DNA of 64,000 bases from an uncultured Verrucomicrobiae bacterium (lineage in GTDB: Bacteria; Verrucomicrobiota; Verrucomicrobiia; Limisphaerales; Palsa-1400), in assembly GCA_963702845.1 (NCBI GenBank), contig OY969763.1, positions 896,001 to 960,000 on the forward strand. Direction: 5' to 3'. A program made the position numbers and the translations under genes. Each line of letters begins with the position of its first letter. The first letter of the stretch is position 1. The notes under the pieces are model-generated. The model ran no database searches, was not told the DNA's origin, and worked only from the letters and a program-made list of their open reading frames with translations. Positions 19,271 to 34,582 of the stretch are shown here, piece after piece.

Positions 19271-22200
19271 AAAACCACTCAAGAGGTACGCTAAGTCGTT
19301 GTCTGCGATTGTTTGCAGCGGCTGCATTTTGTTCCCTAACCTTCGTCACGGCTCGCGCTGTTAACCTCGTGCAGGAGTTTTACCTGCCAATGCCGGAACA
19401 GCAGATTTACACCGCGCTGAACACCGTGCAGCCAGGCGGGACCAGCACGACTCAAAGTTCTACCTATTCGATCGTCGTCACCGGTGACGGAACAGTCATA
19501 GTTTACGATCAATGGGAAGACGGCTATGAAACGGACCTGCGTAATCCGACACAATCTTCCACGCAAATCTGGGGTGACGGCAACGACGCCAACGGTATCG
19601 TCCCGGGCTTCGCGCACGATCCTGTCGGTATTCCAGCCGGCACCGTGATTACATTGACGAACAACGTCACCATTCCGCGCAACCCCTCTGTGCTTCTCTA
19701 CGATGGCCGTGACCGCATCGGCGGATCGAAGGCACTCGTCGTCACTCACGCCGGTTGGCCGGCGACCCAAGGGCCGGTTTTCGCCGGATCGGTCAGTGTT
19801 TTATCAACTATTGATTACGGAACAAACTATATCAGCCCGGTGGGTCAGGATTTGACGAACAAACTTTTCCAATACGTTGGAATGTTTGTGATGGCTTCCG
19901 AAAATGGCACCTCTGTGACAATTGACCCTGATGGTCCAGGCCCCAATGCTCCAACAACAATTGTTCTCAACCAGGGCGAGTCATACCTGGTTAACGGTGG
20001 TATCAAGACTGGCGCCAGCGTTACTGCGACAAAACCAATTCAGGCTGATCTGGTGATTGGGCACATCAGTGCGTCCTACGCCGCCGATTGGTTCACTCTC
20101 ACTCCTGTGGAGCAATGGAGCGCCTCTTACTATACACCAGTCGGTTCAGCTGTTAACGGCAGTCAGCCGACCTACGTTTACTTATACAATCCCAATTCCA
20201 CGAATATCACTGTGAACTGCACTTCGTTGAACGGCGCCGCGAATGTTATTATCGCATCAAATGGCGTTGTTCAATTTCAGATGCCGCAAAAATCCGGCGC
20301 AAGTTTTACCTCCTCAGGGGTCGCGCCGTTTTATGCTCTTAGCACGGTGGCGGCGAACGATAACAACGACACTGCTTTTAACTGGGGCTTCAGCCTTTTG
20401 CCAAAAGAAGGGTTAACGACCGAAGCTGATGTCGGCTGGGCACCTGGCAGCAGCACGGGTGCGGTTGATGGCAGTCCAGTTTGGGTAACCGCATTAGTGG
20501 CAACAAAGATCTACGTCGATTACAAAGGGGATCACCTTGGGGCATTGACTGATCCAAAGGGCAACAAGTACGACGCGGATTTCACCGTAGCGCCGTTGCA
20601 ATCGCTCAAAATTTATGACCCGAGCAAAAGTCAGACGGCCATGCGCGTTTACACGTTGGACGGAACATTGATCACGGCTGCGTGGGGTGAAGATCCTGAT
20701 GTCGCGGCACCCGGCAATCCATATATCGACGCCGGTACAGTTGTGCTGCCGTTTCCGACGCCCATCCTGAAGAAATCTTCACGCCTTATCGTCGATACCG
20801 GCGCTCCTGGAGTCAGCGTCGGTGACACGCTGGAGTACACCCTCAAGGTCGACAATAGAGGTTTGTTGCCGTTGGGAAACGTGGTTCTTATCGACCTTCC
20901 TCCCACGAATCTTTCTTATATTAGCAACTCAACAACAGTGAACGGAGCCGCTATTCCGGACAGTGCATCCGGCACAGCATTTCCTCTGGACGCCCCGGGC
21001 TACTCCATTCCGGTTATTTTGCGCAGCGGTACCAGTATTGTTAAATATCAAGTGACTGTTGTCGCAGGCGGCCTCATCACTAATGTCGCGAACATCGCGG
21101 ATACATCCGTTTCGGCGCAAAACTCGATCAGCACTTTTACGAATTCGAGCACGGTCGTCTTTACTGACTCCGGTGGTGTGGCGGTCGGCTCATATTCCGC
21201 AGGCAGTAATATCTTTGTGAAGTTGACCGATACCGGTGGCAACGTTAACCCCAATGGCATCGACACGCTGACAGTAATCGTCACAGATACGACGCACGGC
21301 GACTACGAAACGCTGACTTTGACTGAAACGGCTATCAACAGCGGCGTATTTTTCAATTCCACCGGCATTCCGACATCAACATCCACCGGCGCGTCAGCAT
21401 TGGATGGCGCGCTGAACATTTCGCCTAATGACAGTTTGGTGGTTAGTTTTACCGACCCGATATACCTCAATAGCGTTAGCAATACCGCGTTTATTTCCGG
21501 CATCCCAGCCAACAAGGTTTTGTATTTGAGCGTCAATGGTTCGACGAACGGCACGCAAGCTTTGAACCGCGTCGATCCGGTTGCCAACAATCATACGCCG
21601 ACACGGACGAGTGCGGACATTGGGACCGGCGGCATCGCATCGCTGGTCTTTGACGCAACAAACGCGGTGGTTTCGGGCGGTGCTTTCAACAAAATCACGA
21701 ACTCGTTGACCGTCGGTAATGGCAATGCCCGTCTCATGATTGTTAGCATTTCTGCGCTCAACGGCGTCTTTGCGACGAATGTCACCACGACCGGTGGCAG
21801 CACTGTGACCCTGAAGCCAGCGGGAGCGGTCACGAACGCCAGCGGCGGCAGTCCGTATATTTCGTTCTGGTATGCGACCAACCCTCCAACTGGTGCAAAC
21901 AACGTTGTCGTGCAATTCAACGGTAATGTCAGTTCAGGCAGTGCTGTCGTAGGTGTGGCGACGTTCGCGAATGTAAATCTTGCAAACCCGTTGGGCACCT
22001 TTGTCGGGTCTACGAGCAAAGGCAATAGCCCAACCATCACTATTGCGGGTATCGCAACCAACGGCTGGGTGTTCGAGTCGGGTTTTAATGACGCCGGCAG
22101 CCCTCATACGATGACGAACAATAACCCCGTCGGTCTCTGGGCGGACAGCAGCAGTAGCCAATGTTATGGGTCCGCCTACAACCTAAATAGCGGACATGTG

Positions 22201-25200
22201 ACATCAATCACGGATGCATGGACGACACAAGCGAGTCCGCAGGTCGCGCTTGCGGGTATTCCAATCAATCCAAGCACAAACGCGCTCGGCGGCCCTGGTT
22301 CTACGGCCACCAGCTTTACGCAAGTTCCTACGTTCGCGTCCACGTTTATCGTCCAATCTAACAAAACGATCACGATCACGAACTACGTCACGCTGACGAA
22401 TGGCGCGCTGGCTGCGAATCCGGCGGTCACGGCGACACTGAGCTATGGTGGGACAGCATTCCTGACGTTGTCATCCGCGGCTTACTCGAGTGTTGATGGC
22501 AGCCTGGTTTTTAGCGGAATTCTTCCGGGCGATGTCACTATTCCCGCAGGCGCGGCTATCACCTACACGATTTCCAACAACGTCCCGGGCACCGCGTTTC
22601 ACGTTAATTACGATAGCACGACCAATCCTTCAAAGATCATCCTGCCGGCCGGGAACATCATTCACGTTAATAGCGTCGGTGTTTACGACGCGCCCTATCC
22701 GGGCGGCAATCTGGTCAGTGCGCCCACGGCCGGTTCGACGGTTTACGTTCGCGCAAATGTTTCCGATCCGTTCGGTAACTATGACATTACCAAAGTGAAT
22801 TTCGCCATCACCGCTCCGAGTGGCGGCGCGAATTTAAATGCGAATGTGGTGACACCGGTGGCGACCAACGCAACGTCGGCTACGTTTGAATTTGCATGGC
22901 ACACGGGATCGCCGGTGGGTAGTTACAATATTGCAGCGATAGCAAGTGAAGGTACAGAAGGCATTACTGACGTTGCGGCGACGACTGTTTCGGTGATGTT
23001 CCAGGATTTGGGCACACCGAGCACTTCTGAACTGACCAGCGGCATCAATGGAACCTCAACGAATACTTTCAACGCCAATGCGTCCGTTTGCATGCGCGTG
23101 ACTGACCCCGACAAGAACTTCGATAGCACGACCGCTGAGACCATCACCGCCACCATCACCAGCAGTTCGGGCGATTCTGAACTCGTGACAATGCTCGAGA
23201 CCGGCACCAACACCGGTGTCTTTACTGCCTGCATTAGCACAAGCACCACCAGCGGTGGCGCTACGAATGACAATACCTTGCTCGCGCCAGTGGGTTCACA
23301 GGTTACGCTGAGTTATACTGACGCCGCGGACCCGACGGATCACTCCAGCGCAACGGCCACCATCTTGCCGCCGCCAGGTGTTAGTGGAATTGCCGTGAAT
23401 AAGACACTTGTCTCCCCAGCGAGCGCCAAAGCGCTGGTTGGCGACACCATCCAATTCAAACTGCAGGTGATTAACACCGGAAGCACCACTTTGCCGAACG
23501 TTGCGTTGATCGATACCTTCGTCTCGGCGAATTTGACATTCCAGAGCGCGAGCGTCGCTCCGGACATTACGACTTCGAGTTCGTTGCAATGGACAAATCT
23601 TGGCACGCTGACACCTGGCCAAAGCACAAACATTAATGTGTTCTTCACGGCGAAGGCCGCTGCGAACGCGACGAACTTTGCCGGCACAAGCTCTGGCGCC
23701 ACTACCAACAGTGGCAGCGCCTCCGTCACCATCACTCAACCGGCTTTGACAATCACCAAGACGCTGCTCAGTCCAACGAACACGCCTGTCAGCATTGGCA
23801 GCAACGTGGTCTTCCGCATCATCGCCAAGAACACTGGCACAACCACGATTCCGACGTTGCCGATGGAAGACACTTTTAGTGCGGCATATTTGCAATTTGT
23901 ATCCGCACAGATTCCGCCTGATGGTAGTGGCGCTGGTAGTTTGCTCTGGACGAATCTGGCGAACCCGACACCTCTGCTAGTGAACGCGAGTATTACGAAC
24001 GATATTACCATGCTCGTTGTGGGCGCCGGCAACCCCGCGCTGAACACAGCGACGGTTGACTTCGGCGTCGACGGCAACGGCAAACCGGTGCCGCCAACCA
24101 CCAGCACAGTGACAAACCTCATTACCGCTGCAGCGTCGATTAACGGTCACGTGTATAACGACGTTGATCAGAGCGGATCCCTGACTACCAACGACACCGC
24201 GTTGGGCAATGTTACGCTCCAGCTCTATTCGGATCCAAATGGCGACGGCGATCCGGCCGACGGAACGCTCCAACAAATCACGACGACTGACGGAAACGGT
24301 TTCTATGAATTCCTCAACTTACCGCTCGGCCATTATGCTGTGGTCGAAACTGATTTGCCTGGATTCAGCAGCAGTGCCCCGGCGAACAATCGCATTGCGC
24401 TGAATCTGACAAACTTTACCGCCAGCTCGAGCAATAACTTCTTCGATTACCAGCCGAATCCGGTGTCTTACGGCACGGTCAACGGTGCGGTGTATTACGA
24501 CCATAATGGAAACGGCACCAATGACGTCGGCGAAGTCGGCCTGTTCAACGTCAACATCGATTTGGTGCAGGACGTGAATAGCAACGGCGTGGTCGATCTC
24601 GGAGAACCGATCGTGGCGAGCACGACTACGGGCACGAACGGCAATTATACATTTGCGGGAGTCACGCCAGGCCGATACGTCGTTCATCAGACCGATCAGT
24701 TCGGTTACTACACCAGCGGAGATTCGCAACCGCCGAATGACAATCAGATCGCAATCAATGCGACCGCTGGCCTGATGACTACCAATAACAGTTTCTACGA
24801 TCGCCTTTCGCCCACCGGAACAGACGACACTGCGTCCGGCCCGAGAAATTCCGGCATAGTCATCAGCCCATTGGGCAATGACATCAGCCCCAACGGTGAC
24901 ACGCTAACTGTCTGCGGAGCGTCCAGCACCAATGGAACCGTCGTTATCAATTCCGGAGCAATAAGTCTGACCTTCACTCCGACAAATCTTGGAACGGTCA
25001 CCGTCCTCTACACGCTTTGCGACGGTCATGGTGGAACTTCTACTGCGACGATTACCGTTACGGCTACCAATTCCGCGCCGACGGCAGTCAACGACAGCTA
25101 CAGCGTCAATCAAGACGCGACTCTTAACGTTCCGGCTCTCGGCGTGTTGTCGAACGACACCGATCCTAATAGTGATACACTCACGGCGATACTCGTGAGC

Positions 25201-28200
25201 ACCACGATTCACGGTTCCCTCACGCTTAATTCAGACGGAAGCTTCACATACATTCCCAATGCCGGGTACGTCGGTTCCGACAATTTCACTTATCGGGCAA
25301 GCGATGGCGCCACCAACAGCGGTGTCGCCCTTGTTACGATCGCGGTCAACCACGTTAATCACGCGCCGGTCGCAAACAATGACAGCTATTCATTGAATGA
25401 AGATACGATATTGACCAACGCCGCCCCGGGTGTGCTGACCAACGATACCGATTCGGATGGCGACCCCTTGAGCGTCGTTCTCGTCAACGCCACAACCAAC
25501 GGCAACCTTGTCCTGAGTGCCGACGGCAGTTTCACTTATACACCGAACACGAACTACAACGGCACCGACTCGTTCACTTACAAAGTAAGCGATGGCGCGC
25601 TGTTCAGCGGTAATGCCACAGTCACGCTCACGATTACCGCGGTGAATGATGCCCCCTCCGCCATCGATGACAGCTACAATGTCAACGAAGACACAGCGCT
25701 GAACATTGGTGCGCCTGGTGTGCTGGCAAATGATACCGATACCGAAAACAATTCGTTGACCGCAATTCTGGTTACGGGCCCAACGCACGGGTCGTTCACA
25801 CTCAACCCGGACGGCAGCTTTAACTACACACCCGCTGCGAATTACAACGGCCCCGATAGCTTCACCTACAAGGCAAACGATGGAACCGCTGACGGCAATA
25901 CAGCAACCGTGAACATCACTGTCAATCCAGTGAATGATCCGCCAGTCGGCAATGATGACAACTACAACGTCAACGAAGACAGCAGTCTGAACCTCTCGGC
26001 CCCCGGCGTTCTCGGGAACGACACGGACGTCGACGGAAATACACTCAATGCAGTGCTTGTTGCTGGACCTGCGCACGGAACGTTAACCCTCAATCCGGAC
26101 GGCGGCTTCAACTACACGCCAGACGCCAACTACAACGGATCCGACGCGTTTACCTACAAACCAAACGATGGGACCGCTGACGGTAACATCGCGACAGTGA
26201 ACCTTACCATCAATCCCGTGAATGACGCTCCAGTCGCCGTTGGCGACACTTTCAGCGTCAATGAAGACGCGCCGCTCGTTGTGTCAGCGCCAGGCGTACT
26301 GGGCAACGACACCGATATCGATGGCGATCCACTGACGGCAGTCCTCGTTTCGGGGCCGGCTCATGGCCTGCTCACGCTCAATCCCGATGGCAGCTTCTCA
26401 TACACGCCCGCTGCGAATTACAACGGATCTGACAGCTTCACCTACAAACCAAACGACGGCGCTCTGGACGGCAACATCGCGACCGTCAACATCACCGTCA
26501 ACCCGGTGAACGACGCTCCTGTCGCGTTTAACGACAGCTACAATATCAATGAAGACACGACGCTCAACATTTCTGCTCCGGGCGTACTGGGCAACGACAC
26601 CGATATCGATGGTGATACAATCGTCGCTGTCCTTGTCAGCGGTCCTGCACATGGCGCATTGACTCTCAATCCCAACGGCAGCTTCAGTTACACGCCTGCC
26701 GCGAACTATAACGGCTCCGACAGCTTTACCTACAAACCGAACGACGGAACGACCGACGGCAACATCGCGACCGTCAATATCACGGTTAATCCAGTGAACG
26801 ACGCTCCTGTTGCTACGGATGACTCTTATACAACTGCGGAAGATACAGTGTTGAACGTTGTTGTCCCCGGCGTCCTCTCGAACGACACCGATGTCGATAA
26901 CGACAGTCTGACCGCGGTGCTGGTGTCTGGCCCGACCCACGGAACCTTGACGTTGAACCCAGACGGCAGTTTCAACTATACCCCGGCGACGAATTACAAC
27001 GGTGCCGACAGCTTCACTTACAAGCCGAATGACGGAACCACCGACGGCAATACCGCCACAGTGAACATTACCGTTAGCGCGATCAACGATCCGCCGGTTG
27101 CGGTCAATGACAACTATAACGTTTCCGAGGACGGGTCGCTGACGATCTCGGCCCCAGGCGTTCTCTCCAACGATACCGATGTGGACAGCACCAACCTCAC
27201 TGCTACTCTCGTTTCGGGGCCGTCCCATGGAACATTGAATTTGAATCTGGATGGCAGCTTCACTTACACGCCTACGCCGCTCTATAGTGGCTCTGACAGT
27301 TTCGTTTATCAGGCGAACGATGATCAAACTAACAGCTCCACCGCGACTGTGACTATCAATGTGGGAGCGATCAATCACCCACCTTCAGCCAATGACGACA
27401 GCTACAGCGTCAACGAAGACACGACCTTGAATATCTCCGCTGCGGGAGTGCTCGGTAATGACGCAGATCTGGATGGCGACACAATGACCGCCATTCTCGT
27501 TGCGGGCCCGAGCCACGGAACCTTAACGCTGAACCTGAATGGCAGCTTCAGCTATACGCCAGACGCCAACTACAACGGCGCGGATAGCTTCACTTACAAA
27601 CCAAATGACGGAACTGCCGACGGCAACACCGCGACCGTCAACATTACTATCATTCCAGTAAACGACGCACCAGTCGCCGTTGACGACATCTACAGCATCA
27701 ACGAAGACACCACCTTAACCGTTCCAGCACCTGGCGTGCTTGGTAACGACAGCGATGTGGATGGCGACACAATCACACCTTCAGTGGTGAGCGGCCCGTC
27801 ACACGGCTCCCTCACGTTGAACGCGGACGGCAGCTTTAGCTACACGCCAGCACTCAATTACAATGGGCCGGACAGCTTCACTTACAAAGTAAACGACGGT
27901 ACCGTGGACGGTAATATTGCCAATGTAAGCATCACGGTAAACGCAGTGAACGACGCCCCTGTGGCAGTCAATGATAGCTACAGTGTGAACGAAGACACGA
28001 CTTTGAACATCTCCGCTCCGGGAGTGCTTGCCAACGACACAGACGTGGACGGCGACATCTTGAGCGCCATCATCGTTTCAAACCCGACAAACGGCGCGCT
28101 GACACTCAACGCAAATGGCAGTTTCAATTATATCCCGGCAACCAATTACAACGGCCCCGATAGCTTCACTTACAAAGTGAACGACGGCACCATTGATGGC

Positions 28201-31200
28201 AACACCGCGACAGTGAACATTACCGTCAACGCGATCAACGACCCGCCGGTCGCCGTGGATGACAGCTACAGCGTCAACGAAGATACAACTTTGACGATCG
28301 TTACACCCGGTGTGCTCGGCAATGACACGGACGTGGACAGCACCAACCTCACTGCAACAGTCGTTGTCGGTCCAGCGCACGGTTCGTTGTCTCTTAATCC
28401 GGATGGCAGCTTCACTTATATTCCAAACACAAACTATAACGGCGCTGACAGTTTCACCTATCAAGCCATCGACAGCCAAACCAACAGTTCAACGGCTACG
28501 GTGAATATCACGGTCAATCCAGTGAACGACGCGCCTGTTGCCGCAGATGACACCTACAGTATCAACGAAGACACAACTCTTGCAATTGCGGCTCCTGGTG
28601 TTCTTGGTAATGACACCGATGTAGAGAACAATCCGCTCACCGCGATCGTAGTAGCTGGCCCGAGCCATGGCTCCTTGACCCTTAATCCAGACGGCAGCTT
28701 CAGCTACACACCGGCCACCAATTACAACGGCCCAGACAGCTTCACCTACAAGCCGAACGACGGAACCGCCGACGGCAACACCGCGACCGTCAACATTACT
28801 GTCACTCCAGTAAACGACGCCCCAGTCGCCGTTGACGACATCTACAGTATAAACGAAGACACCACGTTGACCGTTCCAGCACCTGGCGTGCTTGGTAACG
28901 ACAGCGATGTGGATGGCGACACAATAACACCTTCAGTGGTGTCCGGACCGTCGCATGGTTCGTTGACATTAAATCCCGATGGCAGCTTCAGCTACACGCC
29001 GTCTGCCAACTACAACGGTCCCGACAGCTTCACTTACAAAGTGAACGACGGTACCGTGAACGGTAATACTGCCAATGTAAGCATCACGGTAAACGCAGTG
29101 AACGACGCCCCTGTGGCAGTCAATGATAGCTACAACGTCCTTGAAGACGACGTTCTGAACGTGGGTGCTCCGGGCGTCCTTGGCAACGATACCGATATAG
29201 ACAGCGCGATTCTGACCGCGTCACTCGTAACCGGCCCAGCGCATGGATCGCTGACATTTAATCCTAACGGAAGTTTCACTTACACGCCGACACCGCTCTA
29301 CAACGGCCCCGATAGTTTCACCTATCAGGCCAGCGACGGTTCGCTCAACAGTTCAACAGCCACCGTCAATATCACTGTCAAACCCATCAACCATGATCCC
29401 ATCGCGAACAACGACAGCTACAGTGTCAACGAAGACACGACGTTGAACGTGCCAGCGAACGGAGTTCTCTCCAACGACACCGATGCAGATAGCGACACAC
29501 TGACGTCCGCGCTCGTTTCCGGTCCATCGCACGGAACTCTGACACTTAACGTCGATGGCAGCTTCAGCTACACGCCGTCCACGAACTACAACGGTTCCGA
29601 CAGTTTTACTTATGTGGCGAATGACGGAATTGCCAACAGCCCGAGCGCAACCGTAATCATCACAATCAACCCTGTAAACGATGCTCCTGTTGCAAATAAC
29701 GACAGCTATAGCATCAGTGAAGACACCACCTTGACCATCATTGCGGCTTCGGGTGTTCTGTTCAATGACACGGATGTCGATGGCAACGCATTGACTGCGA
29801 TCCTTGTCTCAAATCCGTCACATGGTTCGCTGACTTTGAACGCGGACGGCAGCTTCAGCTATACGCCTGCTGCTAATTACAATGGCCCAGACAGCTTCAC
29901 ATATAAACCGAATGACGGTGCCGCAGACGGAAACGTCGCGACGGTAAGCATCAGCGTGACTGCGGTGAACGATGCGCCTGTTGCTGTGAATGACAGCTAC
30001 AGCGTCAATGAAGACACAACGCTGACCGTGCCCGCTCCTGGTGTGCTTGGCAACGATAGCGATATTGATGGTAATGCGATTACCGCCGTTCTGGTTGCAG
30101 GAACAACGAATGGCACGCTCAACCTAAATAGCGATGGCAGCTTCACCTACACGCCGACAAACAATTACAACGGTGGTGACAGTTTCACTTACAAGGCAAA
30201 CGACGGAGTCGTCGATGGCAATGTGGCGACCGTGAGCATCACTGTTAACGCTGTGAACGATGCGCCGGTTGCAGGGAATGACAGCTACAGCATCAACGAA
30301 GACACGACCCTGACCGTTACTGCTCCTGGCGTGCTTGGCAACGACACTGATATTGATAGCACCAACCTGACCGCAACGTTAATTACCGGCCCGTCACACG
30401 GAACATTGACCTTAAATACAAACGGAAGCTTCACCTATACGCCGGCTGCAAACTATAACGGCGCTGACAGCTTTGTCTACCAGGCGAATGACGATCAGAC
30501 CAACAGTTCGACGGCTACGGTGAGCATCACCATCAATGCAGTGAATGACGCCCCTGTGGCAGTCAATGACGGCTACAGCGTGAACGAAGACACGACGCTT
30601 ACCATTACAGCCGCGACGGGAGTTCTATCGAATGATTCGGACATTGAGAACAACCCGCTTAGCGCGATTTTGGTAACTGGCCCGTCTCATGGTTCGCTGA
30701 CATTGAATGCCGATGGTAGTTTCAGCTACACACCAACCGCTAACTACAATGGTCCTGACAGCTTTACTTACAAACCAAACGACGGAGCCGCAGATGGCAA
30801 CACTGCAACTGTGAGCATCACGATCAACCCGGTGAACGACGCGCCGGTCGCTGCTAACGATTCCTACAGCGTGAACGAAGACACAACGTTGACAGTCACA
30901 GCACCTGGTGTGCTCGGTAACGACACAGACGTTGAAAACAATTCTCTGTCGGCAATTTTAGTTGCCGGACCGACTCATGGTTCTCTGACGTTGAATGCGA
31001 ACGGCAGCTTCAGCTACACGCCCGCTGCTAATTACAACGGCCCGGACAGCTTCACATATAAACCGAATGACGGTACCGCCGACGGAAATACCGCAACGGT
31101 GAACATTAATGTGACGCCGGTGAATGACGCGCCAGTCGCCCAAAACGATTCTTATACAACTGCTGAAGACACTGCGTTGAATGTTGTTGCACCTGGTGTG

Positions 31201-34200
31201 TTGGCCAACGACAGCGATGTGGATAGCATCATTTTGACAGCGAACGTCGTGAGCGGTCCGTCACACGGAACATTGACGTCGAACCCGAATGGCAGTTTTA
31301 CATACACGCCGAACGCCAACTTCAATGGCTCTGACAGCTTCACTTACCAGGCCAACGACGGCTCACTGAACAGCGCGACCGCAACGGTGAGCATCACAGT
31401 CACGCCGGTTAACGATGCGCCAGTTGCTGCGAACGATTCATATACGACTGCGGAAGACACCACATTGACGGTTATCGCTGCGTCCGGTGTTCTGATCAAT
31501 GACACGGATGTCGAGGGCGACACTTTGACTGCGATCCTTGTTTCCAACCCATCACATGGGTCACTCACATTCAATGCGAATGGCAGCTTCACCTACACGC
31601 CTGCTGCTAATTATAATGGCCCGGACAGTTTCACATATAAACCGAATGACGGCACCGTCGATGGCAATACCGCAACGGTGAACATTAATGTGACTGCGGT
31701 GAATGACGCGCCGATCGCGCAAAACGATTCGTACCTCGGTCAATGAAGATACGACCCTGGCCATGATTGCCCCCGGCGTCCTCGGTAATGATACCGATGT
31801 TGATAGCGTGGGTTTGACTGCCACTTTAGTCGTCGGTCCGACGAACGGAACTTTGACGCTCAACCCGGACGGCAGCTTTACTTACGTTCCGTTCGCAAAC
31901 TATAATGGATCTGACACCTTCACCTATCGGGCGAGCGACGGCCAAACCAATAGTTCGACTGCAACTGTAAATATCACGGTTAACCCGGTGAACGACGCGC
32001 CCGTTGCGAATAACGACGCTTATACACTCAACGAAGATACGTTCATCAGCATCGCCGCTCCTGGTATTCTGTCGAATGACACTGATGTAGACAACGACCC
32101 GCTTCATGTGTCCGCAATCGTGACCGGCCCAGCGCATGGCAATCTTTCGGCGAATGCAGACGGCTCGTTCGTCTACACGCCCACCGCCGATTACAACGGC
32201 ACGGACTCGTTTACTTACAAAGCAAATGACGGAACAGCCAACAGCGGTGTTGCGACGGTGACGCTCACGATCACTGCTGTCAATGACGCGCCAGTTGCCA
32301 ACGACGATTTGTATTCCACCGGCGAAGATGTTCCGCTGCTCATTTCTGCTCCGGGCGTGCTCGCTAACGATAGCGACGTTGATGCCGATCCGATTACGGC
32401 CATTCTCGTCTCCGGCCCATCTCACGGTCTCCTCACTCTCAATCCTGACGGAAGCTTCGCTTACACTCCGTCCTTGAACTACAACGGCCCGGACAGCTTT
32501 ACATACAAAGCGAATGACGGCACCGCCGACAGCGTTGTCGCGACGGTCAACTTGTTTGTTTTGCCCGTCAATGACGCGCCGGTTGCCCAAAACGATTCCT
32601 ACACAAGTGCTGAAGATACTCTGTTGAATGTCGCTGCACCTGGTGTGTTAGCCAACGACAGCGATGTCGACAGCGTCCTTTTGACAGCGAACGTCGTGAG
32701 CGGTCCGTCACACGGAATATTGACGTTGAACCCGGATGGCAGTTTCAGTTACACGCCGAACGCCAATTATAACGGCTCCGATAGTTTCACTTACCAGGCC
32801 AGCGATGGATTATTGAATAGCGCGACTGCAACAGTGAACATCACAGTTACTCCGGTGAACGATGCGCCGGTTGCTGCGAACGATTCGTATACGACTGCGG
32901 AAGACACCACGTTGACAGTCATCGCTGCGTCCGGTGTTCTGATCAATGACACGGATGTCGAGGGCGAGGCTTTGACTGCGATCCTTGTTTCGAACCCATC
33001 GCATGGGTCGCTCACATTGAATGCGGACGGCAGCTTCACCTACACGCCTGCTGCTAATTATAATGGCTCGGACAGCTTCACATATAAACCGAATGACGGC
33101 ACCGCCGATGGCAATACCGCAACGGTGAGCATCAATGTGACTGCGGTGAATGACGCGCCGATCGCACAAAACGATTCGTACTCGGTCAATGAAGACACAC
33201 AGCTAATCGTATCGGCGCCAGGCGTATTGACTAACGACAGCGATGTGGATGGCAACTCTCTGACCGCAGGTGTTGTTACGAATCCGACCCACGGCACGTT
33301 GACACTGAATGGCGATGGCAGCTTCAACTATTCACCAAATGCTGATTACAACGGCACGGACAGCTTCACCTACCAGGCCACCGATGGTTCGCTCAATAGT
33401 TCCACCGCGACCGTGACCATCACGGTTAATTCGATCAACGATCCTCCGGTCGCCGTGAACGACGCTTACACTATGGCTGAAGATGGGACGCTTAATGGCA
33501 GCGTGCTCGCGAATGACACTGATGTTGACGGCAATCCTCTCACCGCCGTCCTCATTTCTGGTCCGTCGCACGGCTCGTTCACATTTAATAGCGACGGCAC
33601 CTTCGTCTACACACCCTTCGCCAACTATAACGGCCCAGACTCGTTTACTTACAAAGCGAATGACGGCCAGGCATTGAGTTCGACCGCGACTGTCAATATC
33701 ACCATCACTGCGGTCAACGATGCTCCAGTCGCCGTTGACGATAGCTACAGCATTACCTCCGGTTCCGTCCTAACGGTATCGGCGTCTGGTGTACTCGCGA
33801 ATGACACCGACGCAGACGGCGATCCTCTCCACGTATCGACTCTCGTGGTCGGGCCGGTCCATGGCACGTTAACGGGTTTGAATCCTGACGGCAGCTTCAC
33901 TTACACGCCCGCCGGAAATTACGTGGGCTCTGACAGCTTCACCTACACTGCCAACGATGGCACTGCGGACAGCTTGTCCGCGACCGTACACATCACCGTG
34001 AACGCAAACCCAGTGCCGACATTCGGTATCCTTTCTGGCGCAATTACATTGAATGGTCAAACTGGTCTGTTTGAACAACGTGTCACGATCACGAACACCG
34101 GGTCCATAACGGTGCCGGCTTTACGCGTTACCGTTTCCGGCCTGAATACGAACGTGACCGTTTACAACGCGACCGCTAAGAGCAACGGAATCCCATACGT

Positions 34201-34582
34201 GCACTACAACGCGCCGTTGGACCCAAATCAAACCATCACCCTGATTCTGGAATTTTATAATCCGAAACGGACCGCGTTTACCGATTCTTTGGCGGTGTTA
34301 GCTGACACAATCACAACCACCGGAACAAATGGCGCTACCGGCGTTCACATTACCGGCATCTATCACGACACGACCGGCCGCATCTTCATCGAGTTTCCCT
34401 CGACCGTTGGTCGCACTTACATGATCACTTACAGTGACGACTTGAACACCTGGAAAATCGCCACTCCATCCATTACTGCCGGCTCGACCCTCACACAATG
34501 GTACGATGATGGTGCGCCGAAAACCGAAACCATGCCTGCTGCTCGCAGCTATCAGGCGATACTCGTCCCGACAACACCGTGA
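19267..34582 (+). CDS. Giant surface adhesin (~5,104 aa if joined): signal peptide, IgGFc-binding-like N-domain, DUF11 and SdrD-B-like domains, 31 tandem-95/cadherin-like repeats, conserved C-terminal domain. Split by a +1 frameshift near 31734
   Basis: ORFs 19267-31746 and 31703-34582 continue the same repeat register. The sequence reads GTACCTCGGTCAAT at 31731 versus GTACTCGGTCAAT in the paralogous repeat at 33178. DUF11 motifs GDTLEYTL and GDTIQFKL. SdrD-B motifs TDGNGFYEF and GTNGNYTF. Two ETxxNxGVF motifs. Confidence 0.88.
25069..34005 (+). repeat. Intragenic tandem array of 31 units of ~288 bp (~96 aa)
   Basis: Recurrent NDAPVAxxDxYxxxEDxxL...GVLxNDxDxDG...GPxHGxLTLNxDGSFxYTP..NYNGxDSFTY (hand count 31). 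Confidence 0.92.

Noticed and set aside
31721..31750. Programmed ribosomal frameshift
   Set aside because: There is no slippery sequence or stimulatory structure, and the paralogous repeat simply lacks the extra base.
25069..34005. CRISPR-like or DGR-like array
   Set aside because: The units are ~288-bp in-frame protein repeats with synonymous-site divergence. There are no spacers, cas genes, reverse transcriptase or adenine-specific variation.
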